Made by a program: the position numbers and the translations under genes. A stretch of DNA of 64,000 nt from assembly GCA_000002445.1 (NCBI GenBank), contig CM000208.1:2944001-3008000 (forward strand), in the 5' to 3' direction. Under the pieces are notes generated by a model. That model saw only the letters and a list, made by a program, of their open reading frames with translations. It searched no databases and was not told where the DNA came from. Source of the stretch: Trypanosoma brucei. Taxonomy: Eukaryota. Within the stretch, counting starts at the first letter, position 1; the number at the start of each line of letters is the position of its first letter. Below are positions 42,172 through 52,553 of this stretch, piece by piece.

Positions 42172-45100
42172 TTACATACCTCCTTGACCCAAGGGTGCTA
42201 TCGGGTCGTAGAAGCGTTGGCCACGCGAAAGATATGGAGGCACAAAATTCATCATGAACCCCTCATCCTCCCTTAGCTTTTTTGTCGAGTAATGTGCTCC
42301 TTCTGGAGCTCTCCCAGGTCCTGTGGGGTAACACGGGAAGGGAGAAACATCATGCATGTACGGAAAGGTTCCCCCCAAAGGCATTGCGGGTGGCGCTGTG
42401 CAATGGTTTCGCAGAGTGCCTACATTCCTAAAACCAACCCGCATAAGCGGAGTTCCACGTAATAACTGGTTCCGTGTTGACATTGAATTCGCTGTGGGTT
42501 TTCCGTGGACTTGACTCCCCGCTCCTCCCAGCCATGCACCCCCATCTGTGCAATTGGTATGTTGCAAAGGATTTGCGGGAGCTGCGGGTGACAGGGATGT
42601 AGTGGGAGGAGGGCAACTCACAGGGAGTGGACCGGGCACAGTCTTCACCGAATGATAGGAAGGGTGCTGCTGCCTTGGCTGCTGGTTCTTCAGAACTCCA
42701 AGACCAGGATGGGAGATATAAGCATTGTCAGATGGAGTCGACAGTTGGCTGCTTCTCCCTTCAAATTCGTCATTGCTTCCGAGTACCCTTTCCTGGGAGT
42801 CGAAAAGAAACTGTGGTTCCAATACTTGTTGTACATTGGGAACGCAGAAAAATGTTGGTTGCGAACACTGTTTGCAGCTTGTTAGAGCCACACGTGGTCT
42901 TACCGGCAAATGTTCCGGACAGTAACGCTGCACATAGTACAAAGTCTGGCCGAAGAGTTCATGGAGAATGCTGTGCCCCGTCATGTCTACACATCTGTTG
43001 TACGCTGCGGCATCCACCAAATAGTGGCCCAGTGCCCCAGAGAATTGCGGTTCGCGTGTTACACTGCCCGTGACACCGCTACCAAGCCCGCTGCTCGGGC
43101 CCCGAGAAGTCGGCAGAGATTGCGCAAGCTTCGCCGATCCCATTTTAAAAAGAACGAGACCCTCCCGAAAAGCACGATAAATACGCTGAAGGTGGTTGCG
43201 GCAAACGCCCCGACACACACTTGAACCCCACCGCAGCGGATCCATGACATTCATAGTTCGAAGGGGAAAGTTAACTGTGGTTGTCACGGGGCCCGATGCT
43301 CGTCCGCCATCGTCCGCGTGGCCGCGGCTGACGGCATGTTCCTTTCTCGCTTCAGGCGTGAAGCTCTCCGGAGTGTTGCTGCTGGGGTGCGATTTGTTAG
43401 CCTGGGCGCAGGGTGGGAAGTGCCCCGCCTTTCCCCGTTGAGGACGGTGACTTTCCTGTGATAGCATCCTCTTTAATTCCCTGGGAGTTATGAGCTGCTT
43501 AGCACGTCGGCGAAGGCAATGCCCCAACGCCTCCTGACCTTCGGCTGTTAGACCAAACACAGCTGAGCCGCCAGGTTGTTGGAAGTGCTCCACCTGTGAC
43601 TCAACAAGATCGAGGTCTAATGGCACATTATTTATTTTGTCGCACGGAACAGGACCAAACAACGTGAGGCAGTAACTTTCAAAGTCAAAATAACTGAAAT
43701 ATTTGAGGAAGCGCGCAAATAACTGAAGCGGCGAGATGTGTTGATATTCTCCACGCTGCCTCTCCTCCAGATGTTTTCCGTCGCCTTCACCGCCTCGCTC
43801 TTCCCGTTCCACATCTTCAAGAAACTCAACAGTGTTTATCATAGAAATAATCATCACAGTAGCCGCGTAGGAGGATATGTACCCTCCCTGGCCACTGAGA
43901 ACATGCGCCTCGTAGCAGCACCACGCTTTCATCAGCAGCAGAGTTCGCTTCAAAAGGTGGTTACATCCGATCTTCATGTCCATCTCGTGCAAAAAACGTA
44001 TGCAACTGACACCCCCAAGTTGCCCTACCGTTATATCGTAGCTGCTTCCGTCCATTACAAGCTTTAAGACACGAACTTCAGCAACAACAACAGTGTCGAC
44101 ATACACAGACTTGTTGTTTTCCCGAAGGTAGTCCGCCACGCTCGAGAGCAATTCACCACCCGCAACAGTGGTCGCTTGAGACGATGTGCCGCTGATGCTA
44201 CTGCTGCAACTACTTCCAGCTGCGCCATCAGAAGAATCAGCATGGGCTTCGCTTTGCGTCTCAATCTTGGTTGGATTCAAAAGCCCGTCCACCTCAATCG
44301 TCATATCGTTATCACCGTCGGGCAGCACAGTCCCTGATGCCAGACTACCAAAAACATAGTACCGTTTTTCCCCATAATTTACCCCCTTTCCCCATGCTAC
44401 ATTATTGATGGCATCATTGAGGTACCCCGCGAGACGGTTCAGTTGCATTCGACGGTGCAGAGCCATCTCCTCAACATTTTTCGACAGGGGCGCAATAACA
44501 TTACTGTCGATCAGCTGGCAGAGCGCCAGCGACACCTCAGGAGTGAAGGTGTAGCTACTAGAATGACTACTAGGAGGGTCGCAGTGTTTCGTTGCTATTT
44601 GTAAACTATCGGCACCGGGACAAAGAAGATCCTTCTGACTCTGGAGGTCGTTTTCCTTCTTTGTTGTGGCGGTAGCACAAGTTTCTCCTACGGGCAATGG
44701 TTTCAAACGCTCCCTCGCCGGACACGGCTGGACTTCACACATTCCTTGCGTTTGAAAATGTATGTCCCCACGTTGCCTTGACTCAACAACTGCACCCCTG
44801 TCCGCCCTTTCCCCGTCCCCCTCCGACGTGCCTCTGCACTTCCCTGGAGGGAGTGGAGGAGATGAGGCAAATGCATGTTCTTCCGTTGGGAGTGATTGTT
44901 TTCCTCCTTCGCCATGGGGTGATGTGCTTGCTGAGCAGTCTGTGGCCGGTGCGGCCAAAGTGGTGCCAAAGTTGCGTGGAGTGGCCTGTGGGTCACCTTT
45001 TGTATCATCTGAGCGGTCACAGTACTGCTCAATGTGGGGTTCCCCCTCCTGAGACAGTGCCATACGCTCGTTTGAGTGTATTGTAGCCGTATCGTCCACT

Positions 45101-45627
45101 TGGCTGTCGTTTTGAGCTTGTCCATATGAACTTAACGTATCTCCACAGGTTGTGGAGCTGTGTTTAGGGGTATCGTCCTCCGTCACCTCCAGGCCTTCCT
45201 TTCGGGACCCAGGAAGTAGTGAAACGTGTAACCTCCCTTCTTTATCCTCCTTACTATGTCGTACACCTACCCCAAGGGGTGGGACGGTGACACAAACACC
45301 CTTTTGGTTTGCACTCACCTCGCTGGGCTGTTGCTGGTTGGAAGTGTGCTCATGTTCGTTCACACTGTTACCTGCAACGTTGGAAACTGTCTCTCCTTCA
45401 CAACGGGTTGCATCTGTGGCAGCCGATCCCCCAGCTGTTTGCTGCCCAGGTTTTTTATCGCTGACAGAGACGATTGCGCCTTTCCCCTTCAAAGACCGTC
45501 GGTTTTGTGTCTGGGTGTTCCTTTTCACGGACATAACAATACTACAGTACAACAATAACAACAACAATACAGACGAATTCTGTAGAAACAAGCGTAAAAG
45601 AAACAACAAAACCGTACTCGTGATCAC
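42172..45627 (-). CDS. Cid1-family non-canonical poly(A) polymerase / terminal uridylyltransferase-like nucleotidyltransferase, about 1120-1151 aa
   Basis: Pol-beta nucleotidyltransferase signature YVFGSLASGTVLPDGDNDMTIEVD (GS...DxD). PAP/OAS1-associated segment GGYISSYAATVMIISMI (compare Cid1 GTLSSYGYVLMVLYYL). Long low-complexity flanks. The true start may be the Met at about 45534. Confidence 0.8.
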   Translation of the reverse strand: MITSTVLLFLLRLFLQNSSVLLLLLLYCSIVMSVKRNTQTQNRRSLKGKGAIVSVSDKKPGQQTAGGSAATDATRCEGETVSNVAGNSVNEHEHTSNQQQPSEVSANQKGVCVTVPPLGVGVRHSKEDKEGRLHVSLLPGSRKEGLEVTEDDTPKHSSTTCGDTLSSYGQAQNDSQVDDTATIHSNERMALSQEGEPHIEQYCDRSDDTKGDPQATPRNFGTTLAAPATDCSASTSPHGEGGKQSLPTEEHAFASSPPLPPGKCRGTSEGDGERADRGAVVESRQRGDIHFQTQGMCEVQPCPARERLKPLPVGETCATATTKKENDLQSQKDLLCPGADSLQIATKHCDPPSSHSSSYTFTPEVSLALCQLIDSNVIAPLSKNVEEMALHRRMQLNRLAGYLNDAINNVAWGKGVNYGEKRYYVFGSLASGTVLPDGDNDMTIEVDGLLNPTKIETQSEAHADSSDGAAGSSCSSSISGTSSQATTVAGGELLSSVADYLRENNKSVYVDTVVVAEVRVLKLVMDGSSYDITVGQLGGVSCIRFLHEMDMKIGCNHLLKRTLLLMKAWCCYEAHVLSGQGGYISSYAATVMIISMINTVEFLEDVEREERGGEGDGKHLEERQRGEYQHISPLQLFARFLKYFSYFDFESYCLTLFGPVPCDKINNVPLDLDLVESQVEHFQQPGGSAVFGLTAEGQEALGHCLRRRAKQLITPRELKRMLSQESHRPQRGKAGHFPPCAQANKSHPSSNTPESFTPEARKEHAVSRGHADDGGRASGPVTTTVNFPLRTMNVMDPLRWGSSVCRGVCRNHLQRIYRAFREGLVLFKMGSAKLAQSLPTSRGPSSGLGSGVTGSVTREPQFSGALGHYLVDAAAYNRCVDMTGHSILHELFGQTLYYVQRYCPEHLPVRPRVALTSCKQCSQPTFFCVPNVQQVLEPQFLFDSQERVLGSNDEFEGRSSQLSTPSDNAYISHPGLGVLKNQQPRQQHPSYHSVKTVPGPLPVSCPPPTTSLSPAAPANPLQHTNCTDGGAWLGGAGSQVHGKPTANSMSTRNQLLRGTPLMRVGFRNVGTLRNHCTAPPAMPLGGTFPYMHDVSPFPCYPTGPGRAPEGAHYSTKKLREDEGFMMNFVPPYLSRGQRFYDPIAPLGQGGM

Positions 45628-46107
45628 TTAAGGAGTGTGGGTGCAGATGAAATAGCTATTTGCCCCAAGAAACTAAGTCTCTTTTTTATAGTATTCTTTC
45701 CCCTATGCGCGTCCTTCTTTGGATGGTGTCTGGCACCCTCCTCTTCTCTTTTCAATGTCTCTGTTTCTCCAGTGCTACAAAAAAAACAAGGCAGCGGAAA
45801 AGTAAGTAAAGGAAACTGGAGCGAATACCCGCACACATGCTAATATGCGGTGTACATGAACGATAACAAAGGGCATTTGCGCATCCGCTAGTGGACACAC
45901 GGCGACAACGGCCGAGGGTGGTTGAAAGAGGGACAAACACTGTTCAAACAGTGGACGGAATTGACACCCCTTAAACTGAAGGATATATAAAAAATTAAGA
46001 CCCAGCGGAAGGGATATTCATATGGGCGCTGCGAACAATGAGAAGGGGAAGCCTGCATGGTGCCTCAGCACCAATCTATGCGCAGGATGCACAACACAAC
46101 TGCTAAA

Positions 46108-46764
46108 CTACATCAAATTCTTCATCTTCTCCAGCACCTCCGGATGCTTTTGCGTGATTAGTCTCATATCCTCTGGCCGAATGCGTCCATCCTTCCGGAC
46201 ATCTAGAAACATCATAAGCCGTTGTGCTTCCTCGTTTATGACACGCTTCACCTCCGGATCATCTATATCACAGTCACCAACATACTTCGTTGCTGCGGTG
46301 ATGGTAGTGACAATATCGTTTAGGGAAAGAAACCCATCCTGATCAGCATCGTAGGCATTGAACACAACCACAAAAAGTTCCTCCGTACTGTAAATAACTG
46401 CCAAGTGATACAGAAGGAACTCGCTAAAGGATATAACCCCATCACAATCACGGTCATAACCCCTGAAAAGATGCTCGTACATCTCCGAACTCGATGACCC
46501 TATTCTTTCCCCACCTCCCCCTCCATCCTCTTCTTCACTGTCTTCATCTACATTTTTGAGATACGACTTCGAATGGGTGTGCTTGTATGTTTTAAACACT
46601 TCCGTGCTCTCAATGTAGTGTTTGAAATCCACCGGTGTCATGATACCGTTGGGTGCTGCACGATGGAACTTAAGGAAAAGAAACTCAATCGCGCCGTCAG
46701 AGAAACGACCCTTCACAAGTTCCTTATAATCCTCCATCTGTGCACGCGAGAACGTATAGCCCAT
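46108..46764 (-). CDS. EF-hand calcium-binding protein of the neuronal-calcium-sensor / calcineurin-B-like type, N-myristoylation consensus, 218 aa
   Basis: MGYTFS N-terminus (Gly2, Ser6). EF loops DRDCDGVISFSEF, DADQDGFLSLNDI and DVRKDGRIRPEDM. An acidic/Gly insertion (DEDSEEEDGGGGGE) is present. Confidence 0.85.
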   Translation of the reverse strand: MGYTFSRAQMEDYKELVKGRFSDGAIEFLFLKFHRAAPNGIMTPVDFKHYIESTEVFKTYKHTHSKSYLKNVDEDSEEEDGGGGGERIGSSSSEMYEHLFRGYDRDCDGVISFSEFLLYHLAVIYSTEELFVVVFNAYDADQDGFLSLNDIVTTITAATKYVGDCDIDDPEVKRVINEEAQRLMMFLDVRKDGRIRPEDMRLITQKHPEVLEKMKNLM

Positions 46765-47954
46765 GGTTTACTCTAACAAAGAAACTCGTCAGTAATTCCT
46801 GATGTTGCGAGGTCTTCCCTGCTGTCGCTCTAGCACACACACACACAAAAAAAAAACAACAACACCCGTACAGGAGCAATACGGCCACCAACAATTTCAC
46901 TAAGAAAAAAAAAATAAAGGAAATAAAAGAACCGAGTAGTGCACGTGTGAATTGTGGTTATCAAAGTCGCCTTTTTGGCGAAGGTGGCTCGGGCCTCCCT
47001 TTGGGGCCTTTTCGTGGTGTTAACAACACAGTACCGCCCACATATATAAGTAAATTCATTTGTACAGTTTCGTGAACCTCCCGGCCTCCTTTCGGTTAGT
47101 CGGAACCAATTTGTCGAAGGAAAGGTAAACGCTACTCACACTCAAGTGCAACACCAACATTAAAGGTTACAGATATCTGCCTTTTCAACCCTACACATAA
47201 CTCGTTTCTCAGGTGTTTGTGCGTTCCTACACGCCAAAGACAGCGGTGGAGTCAACGGCGCGGACAAGAGAAAGATAATATGATGCACACCCGCGGATGC
47301 TCTAGTCAGCCGAACCACCACTTAGACATTAACTAAACCAATTAGTACCACTTCATCTAATTTAGGAACCCCAAAAGCAAAAAATACACAACATGCGCAT
47401 GCAATAAACATCCCTCCCCCCATTTGCGCATGCTCATGAGAACATCACGTGGCGCGCCGTTGCTATGAGGGATGCATTACCTGCTGCTTGTATCACCAGA
47501 GCTACTGATATGGAAAGGACCACCCTCTCTTACCTCCTCCCCCAACTGTTGGTGCGGTTTACTATCGTTAATGTATAAAAAGTAAGGAATATGTGTGTGG
47601 GGAGGAGGAGAGAGAAAACAAACAAACAAACAAGCACCAAGTTGAACAATTACTCACAATTACAGCAATGACATTCGAGAACTTGCCATAATCCGCTGCA
47701 ATGTACAAAGATGACCTTGATGCCCAGGTTCTTGTTGCAAGTCACATGCGGCACTGCTCACAAAACCGCACTGCTGCTGTCCCACAAATGTACAAAGTGC
47801 CCCCAACAAAATAGAGAAAAAGAAAATCATGACACACGAAAAAAAAAAACCCAGTATCCATATGGTATGTCTCGAGAACAACGAGGGACAAATCTAAAAA
47901 GCTTGTGAGAAATACAACAAAACCAAGGATAGCACAATCATGGACAAAACCTCC

Positions 47955-49988
47955 TCAACCCTGTGGTTTCCTCAGCTGCTGTGCGAGAGCAGCACGTTCC
48001 CGTCTGACTGCACAACCTGGAGAGCTTCCCCTTTTGGCAGTTGCTGACAACTTGACATTGAAATTGCTTCCATCACCAACGCTACTCACTCTGCGATGGA
48101 AGGTTTTTTGTGGGTCGCGCTGCGCACCGCTTGCTTCACTACGTGTCTGCACGGTAACGCCGCACGGAGGCACTACCGAGATGTCAGGTTTAGCTTCGTT
48201 TACATTGACTGCTGCACGTGCAGAGATGTCAGAAATAAAGCGTAATTCTCTTTCATAAGGAAGTTGCACTGCCAACGACTTGAGGGCATGCTGGAGGCGC
48301 TCAACTTCCTTCTGCAGTGAAGCAGTGATAACCGCATTCGACTTACGCTCTGCTAACCTTGCTTGTTCTCCATACTTCATATATACAATATGTCGCTCGT
48401 TCGCTCTCCGCCTTATCAGCTGCGTCACCTCGTCTTTTTCGGCCTCTTGCAATTGATGTCGGGCTCCACACTCGTGCATAGATACATACAACATGTTTCG
48501 AAACAACCTTTCCTCCTCCTCAATGCGTCCCCGTTGTCTTCTTAATAACTTGTTCATCACTAGTTTCCTTTGGAAAAGGCTTAGCATACAACGATAACTG
48601 AGCAGCGTACTCTCATATTCCTGCTTTATGCTCAACCTCCTTGTACTTTCGCGCTCCTGTAGAACAATTGTAGCAAAGCTAATTGCTTCATCTGTGTACA
48701 GCATTTTGTACTGTCTATTACACATACTTATGAAGAAGCCCGGGTTGTTCGCAAACATTGGATACCTCCTTTCTTCTTCCAACAGGTGTAGGACCTCCCG
48801 CGCGAGGTGGTTTTCTTCAACATACACAGCCCGCTGCCACAACTCTTTCGTCTGTAAGTACAGGAGTTTCATACGAAGTCCTGCGGCAGCCTCAATAGCC
48901 CTACGAACCGTATTCTCACTTTCTATCAATGCTGCCCCGCGAGGTCGCAGTCCTGTTGGTCGAATTCGCTGCTCTGATTCTCGCCCCACCCTTCGGTGCA
49001 GCACCGTCTCGGACTCGTTGTTTACAACCGATCGGTTTCTAGTTCCCATTCGTTTACTCAAACCGTCTGTGGAGGCGCAGCGGGTTCTCGGCGAGGGCGT
49101 GAACATGCTACTGCTGATGCTGGTGCTCATCCGGGGATGCTGCGCGGCAGAGGAACGGACTGTGGGTCTACCATTATCTGCAGAAATATGGGCTGATGTA
49201 CCGCGCTGCACCCGTGATGAATTCGTACGCCTGGCACTATTAACAGCCCTATGTAACTGGAAAATGTGCTGCGTCTCCTCTCGCCTCATCTGTTGCTTGC
49301 GAAGGGCCTCCCGCTCCCGTTCCCATTGCTCACGCTTTTCCTGCTCCCATCGCTTGCGGAGTTCCGCCTGGTGTTCTTTCTCGCGCTTCCTGAAAAACAT
49401 CCGCTGCTCTTTCGTATAGAGTGATGGTCGTACTCCCCGTGGTGTGCTAACGGAGGGCGCGCGTCGACCTGGCCGCTCTGCCTTCCGTAGTGCATATGTG
49501 TTGAGCTCTTCATAGATGCTGGTGGTTGCACAATGTGTGGGTACTTTACCTCCTTTCGCAACCGAACGGGGTGTGGTACTACCGCATCTGACCGAGCCCA
49601 CACCAAGCGGCTGACGCACTCGCAACGCCGTGTCGTATTTCCTCTTTTTCTCTTCGTTGGAAAGAATCTCATACGCTAGGGTAACGCATCTAAACCTCTC
49701 TGCTGCCGTCGGGTCGTGTAGATTTTTGTCCGGATGATACTTAAGGACGAGGGTTTTGTAAGCCTGTCTCACCTCCTCAATGCTACTGAAATCTGGAAGG
49801 TGGAGTGTCTGATAAAGTCGCCTTGATCGCTCAAGGTCATTGTTCATAACGCTCAAAGACACCGCCTTCCCCTCCCCTCCCAGTTTAGAGTTTCGACAGA
49901 TGCTTCTGATCCCTGTGATGGGGATAAGCACGGGAAGATGGAATAAAACAACAACAAAAACAAACGAAGCAACGAAGTCAAATGCCAA
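47955..49988 (-). CDS. DnaJ (J-domain) protein, 630-677 aa, with long basic/coiled C-terminal region
   Basis: J domain with HPD: LYQTLHLPDFSSIEEVRQAYKTLVLKYHPDKN...YEILSNEEKKRKYD. The first 47 codons are hydrophobic. Translation may start at the Met at about 49847. Confidence 0.8.
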   Translation of the reverse strand: MAFDFVASFVFVVVLFHLPVLIPITGIRSICRNSKLGGEGKAVSLSVMNNDLERSRRLYQTLHLPDFSSIEEVRQAYKTLVLKYHPDKNLHDPTAAERFRCVTLAYEILSNEEKKRKYDTALRVRQPLGVGSVRCGSTTPRSVAKGGKVPTHCATTSIYEELNTYALRKAERPGRRAPSVSTPRGVRPSLYTKEQRMFFRKREKEHQAELRKRWEQEKREQWEREREALRKQQMRREETQHIFQLHRAVNSARRTNSSRVQRGTSAHISADNGRPTVRSSAAQHPRMSTSISSSMFTPSPRTRCASTDGLSKRMGTRNRSVVNNESETVLHRRVGRESEQRIRPTGLRPRGAALIESENTVRRAIEAAAGLRMKLLYLQTKELWQRAVYVEENHLAREVLHLLEEERRYPMFANNPGFFISMCNRQYKMLYTDEAISFATIVLQERESTRRLSIKQEYESTLLSYRCMLSLFQRKLVMNKLLRRQRGRIEEEERLFRNMLYVSMHECGARHQLQEAEKDEVTQLIRRRANERHIVYMKYGEQARLAERKSNAVITASLQKEVERLQHALKSLAVQLPYERELRFISDISARAAVNVNEAKPDISVVPPCGVTVQTRSEASGAQRDPQKTFHRRVSSVGDGSNFNVKLSATAKRGSSPGCAVRRERAALAQQLRKPQG

Positions 49989-52507
49989 TTGAAAGCCGAC
50001 TCGACGTTATCACTGGTGTTGGCTGCAGCCCTCTCTTTCTCTTTTTTTAAAAATTTTGTTTTCTTCTGCTCACGACCCCCAACTTTCGCGATGCCTTCTT
50101 GTCTCTACTGAGTCTTCGACTCCGCTTCCCTAGCTCCCGTCTTACGAGATGTGGCGTGTCTCCCCAACTCAGTTTTCTTTTACCACAACCATAAGTAATG
50201 TTCATACATTGGAACAAGAAGAGATACAACGAGAAGGGGGAAAGAAATGAATTAGAGAAAGAGAGATTTTCACGGGCAGTAAATACAACAAAGAATTTAA
50301 GAGTAAAACACTGTAAAGGATGGGTGAAAACGAGAATACCCCTCCCAAAACAACAACAACAAATATAATCTAATGGAACGCAAACGACAAACCGATGCCT
50401 TTCCCCCCACTGCTTATTTGTTCAACTGTTTGGTGGCTTCTTCATATCCTACGATTAAGCAAAACTAATGACAAAAAACGGATTGAAGAAAAAGTAAAAG
50501 GAGGAGGAGGAGGGAAATGATTCAAACGGGTTCCACCAAAAATATGCACAGGTCAACGTAGAGTCAATTTACAAAAGATGATAACAGGGGCAGCATATAC
50601 ATAATATTTATAATATATAGTATATATTATAGCTTATTTATTTATAAACGTAATTATATTTGCATAAATCTGCGACGGTTGCTGCACGCCTCACATGCGG
50701 TCAAAGGAACACAACAACACATCAACAAGACGCAACACAGCACGGGTACGTGAGAAGCGATAGGAAAAAAGTAAAACAAAAAAAAGGAAATAAAAACAGA
50801 ATGAAGTAAATTTTTTTTTTTAAAAAAAAAAAGAAGCCGAAAACTAAACAAAACAATGATGGAGAGACATATGCAGATAGACACAGTGATTGATGGAGCG
50901 ATGGACGGAGTCAAGTTACAGTTGTAAGGGAGATACAGAGTTCACTGTGTAAACATAAATATATACATATTTAAAGTATTTTTCCTTTTTTTTTTTTGCG
51001 ACACGTGCCTACACTATATGCTGCTGTCCGTCATATATAGGTGTTGTACCGAAGAAGAGAGTGAGCATTGGATGAAATATATATATATATATATAAAGAA
51101 GCAAAAACAAAAAAAAGTCTCAAACAAACATTGGGGGGGGGGAGGAGGGAGGGAAACCGTAAAGGAAAATATAACGAAAAAGATAAAACTGCTAAAAAAC
51201 GAAAGGGTATTTAAACCCCTTTTATTTACATACGACCGCGGCGGGGGCACCACAAAAAAAAAAACACTTTTTCCACCTTCAGCTTTCAGGTTATCATTAT
51301 CTTGTATTGCTATCGTTTTTATTATCTTTTGATTGCTGCTGCTGATGCAACCGCCCAACTTGGTAAAGGGGCGGGGTGTTTATCTGAATGCGTGTTTAGA
51401 ATGAAAAGAAACAGAAAGAAGGAAAAAAAAAAGAAGGGAAGGGAAAAGGTAAAGGTTTGGTGGTTATTACAACTCCGTTTTGGCACATGAAGGAAGTTGT
51501 GCACACTCAACTCGCCATCTCTTCCTCTTCTGTTATAAACAATACCAAAACAAAACAAGAAATATCAACACCAGTGAATATTAAAACGAAAAAAAAAAAG
51601 AGCAAACAGATAAAAGCAATAATTGAAAAGAAATCTATCCCACACAAATTAATGGAAAAAAAAACAAATCGCACTTGCCAATTCTTTGTTTTCTTTTGTT
51701 TTTTAAAAGAAAAGGCACAAGAGTTCAGGAGGAGTATGCAGACCAAAAGAAAAAAAAAACAACAAAAAGTATTGGCATACAACTCACCACACCATCATCA
51801 TCACCATTACAAGTTGGTAAGGGACTTCAAACAACTTCACATACCAAACTCTTCTTCCCATCCAATTTAATTCCATCGCGGTCACATCGTCACCGTTTTT
51901 TTTTTCTTTCGTTCTTATTATTTTCTTTTTTTCTTTTTTTGATATATATATATATATATTAAATTATTACTGCTATCATCATCCCACAGTTTGATGCTGT
52001 CACGGCCACCTGCGACGGCCTGACCATTTCGGTTCATAATACCCAAAACCAACAAAAAGCGTTATCATCATCGTTATTGTGCGAAGGGATTTGTGTGTGT
52101 GTCCTTTTTGCACGTGGGCTTCCTTTATTTTCCTCCTTCCACTCGCTACTTCTTCTTTCCAACTACTCATAAAAAAGGAGGAAGTAGTGCCTTCATGAGG
52201 AATAACGACAAGAATCGGCTAAAAACAAAAACAAAAACAAAAACAATAATAAAAACGAAAACAACAAAACAGAAAAAGGTCCGTAACGGACACAACACAA
52301 CGAAACGAAAAAAGGTCAGCATGAAGGCGCTTGTGCAAAGAGAGAAAAAAAAAAAGGAGGATCTGATAATAAAACTACGGGTAAAAGTCAATGTTCGAGT
52401 TCACAATATCAGCTTTCAGAAGCCGTATTTAACGACGTTTTTTTTTCCCCCCTCCTCTCTTTCTTTCTTTCTTTCCTTCTTTTTTTGGTTTTAGGTTTAT
52501 GAAAAAA

Positions 52508-52510
<3 letters not shown>

Positions 52511-52548
<38 letters not shown>
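52511..52548. repeat. (AT)19 microsatellite
   Basis: Seen directly. Similar (AT)n runs occur at 53063-53082, 60695-60718, 62836-62858, 51073-51090, 51941-51960 and 54179-54196. Confidence 0.95.

Positions 52549-52553
<5 letters not shown>

Noticed and set aside
48628-49419. 263-aa plus-strand ORF inside the DnaJ gene
   Set aside because: It is antisense to a J-domain protein ORF and has a Cys/Arg/Ser-rich antisense-type composition.
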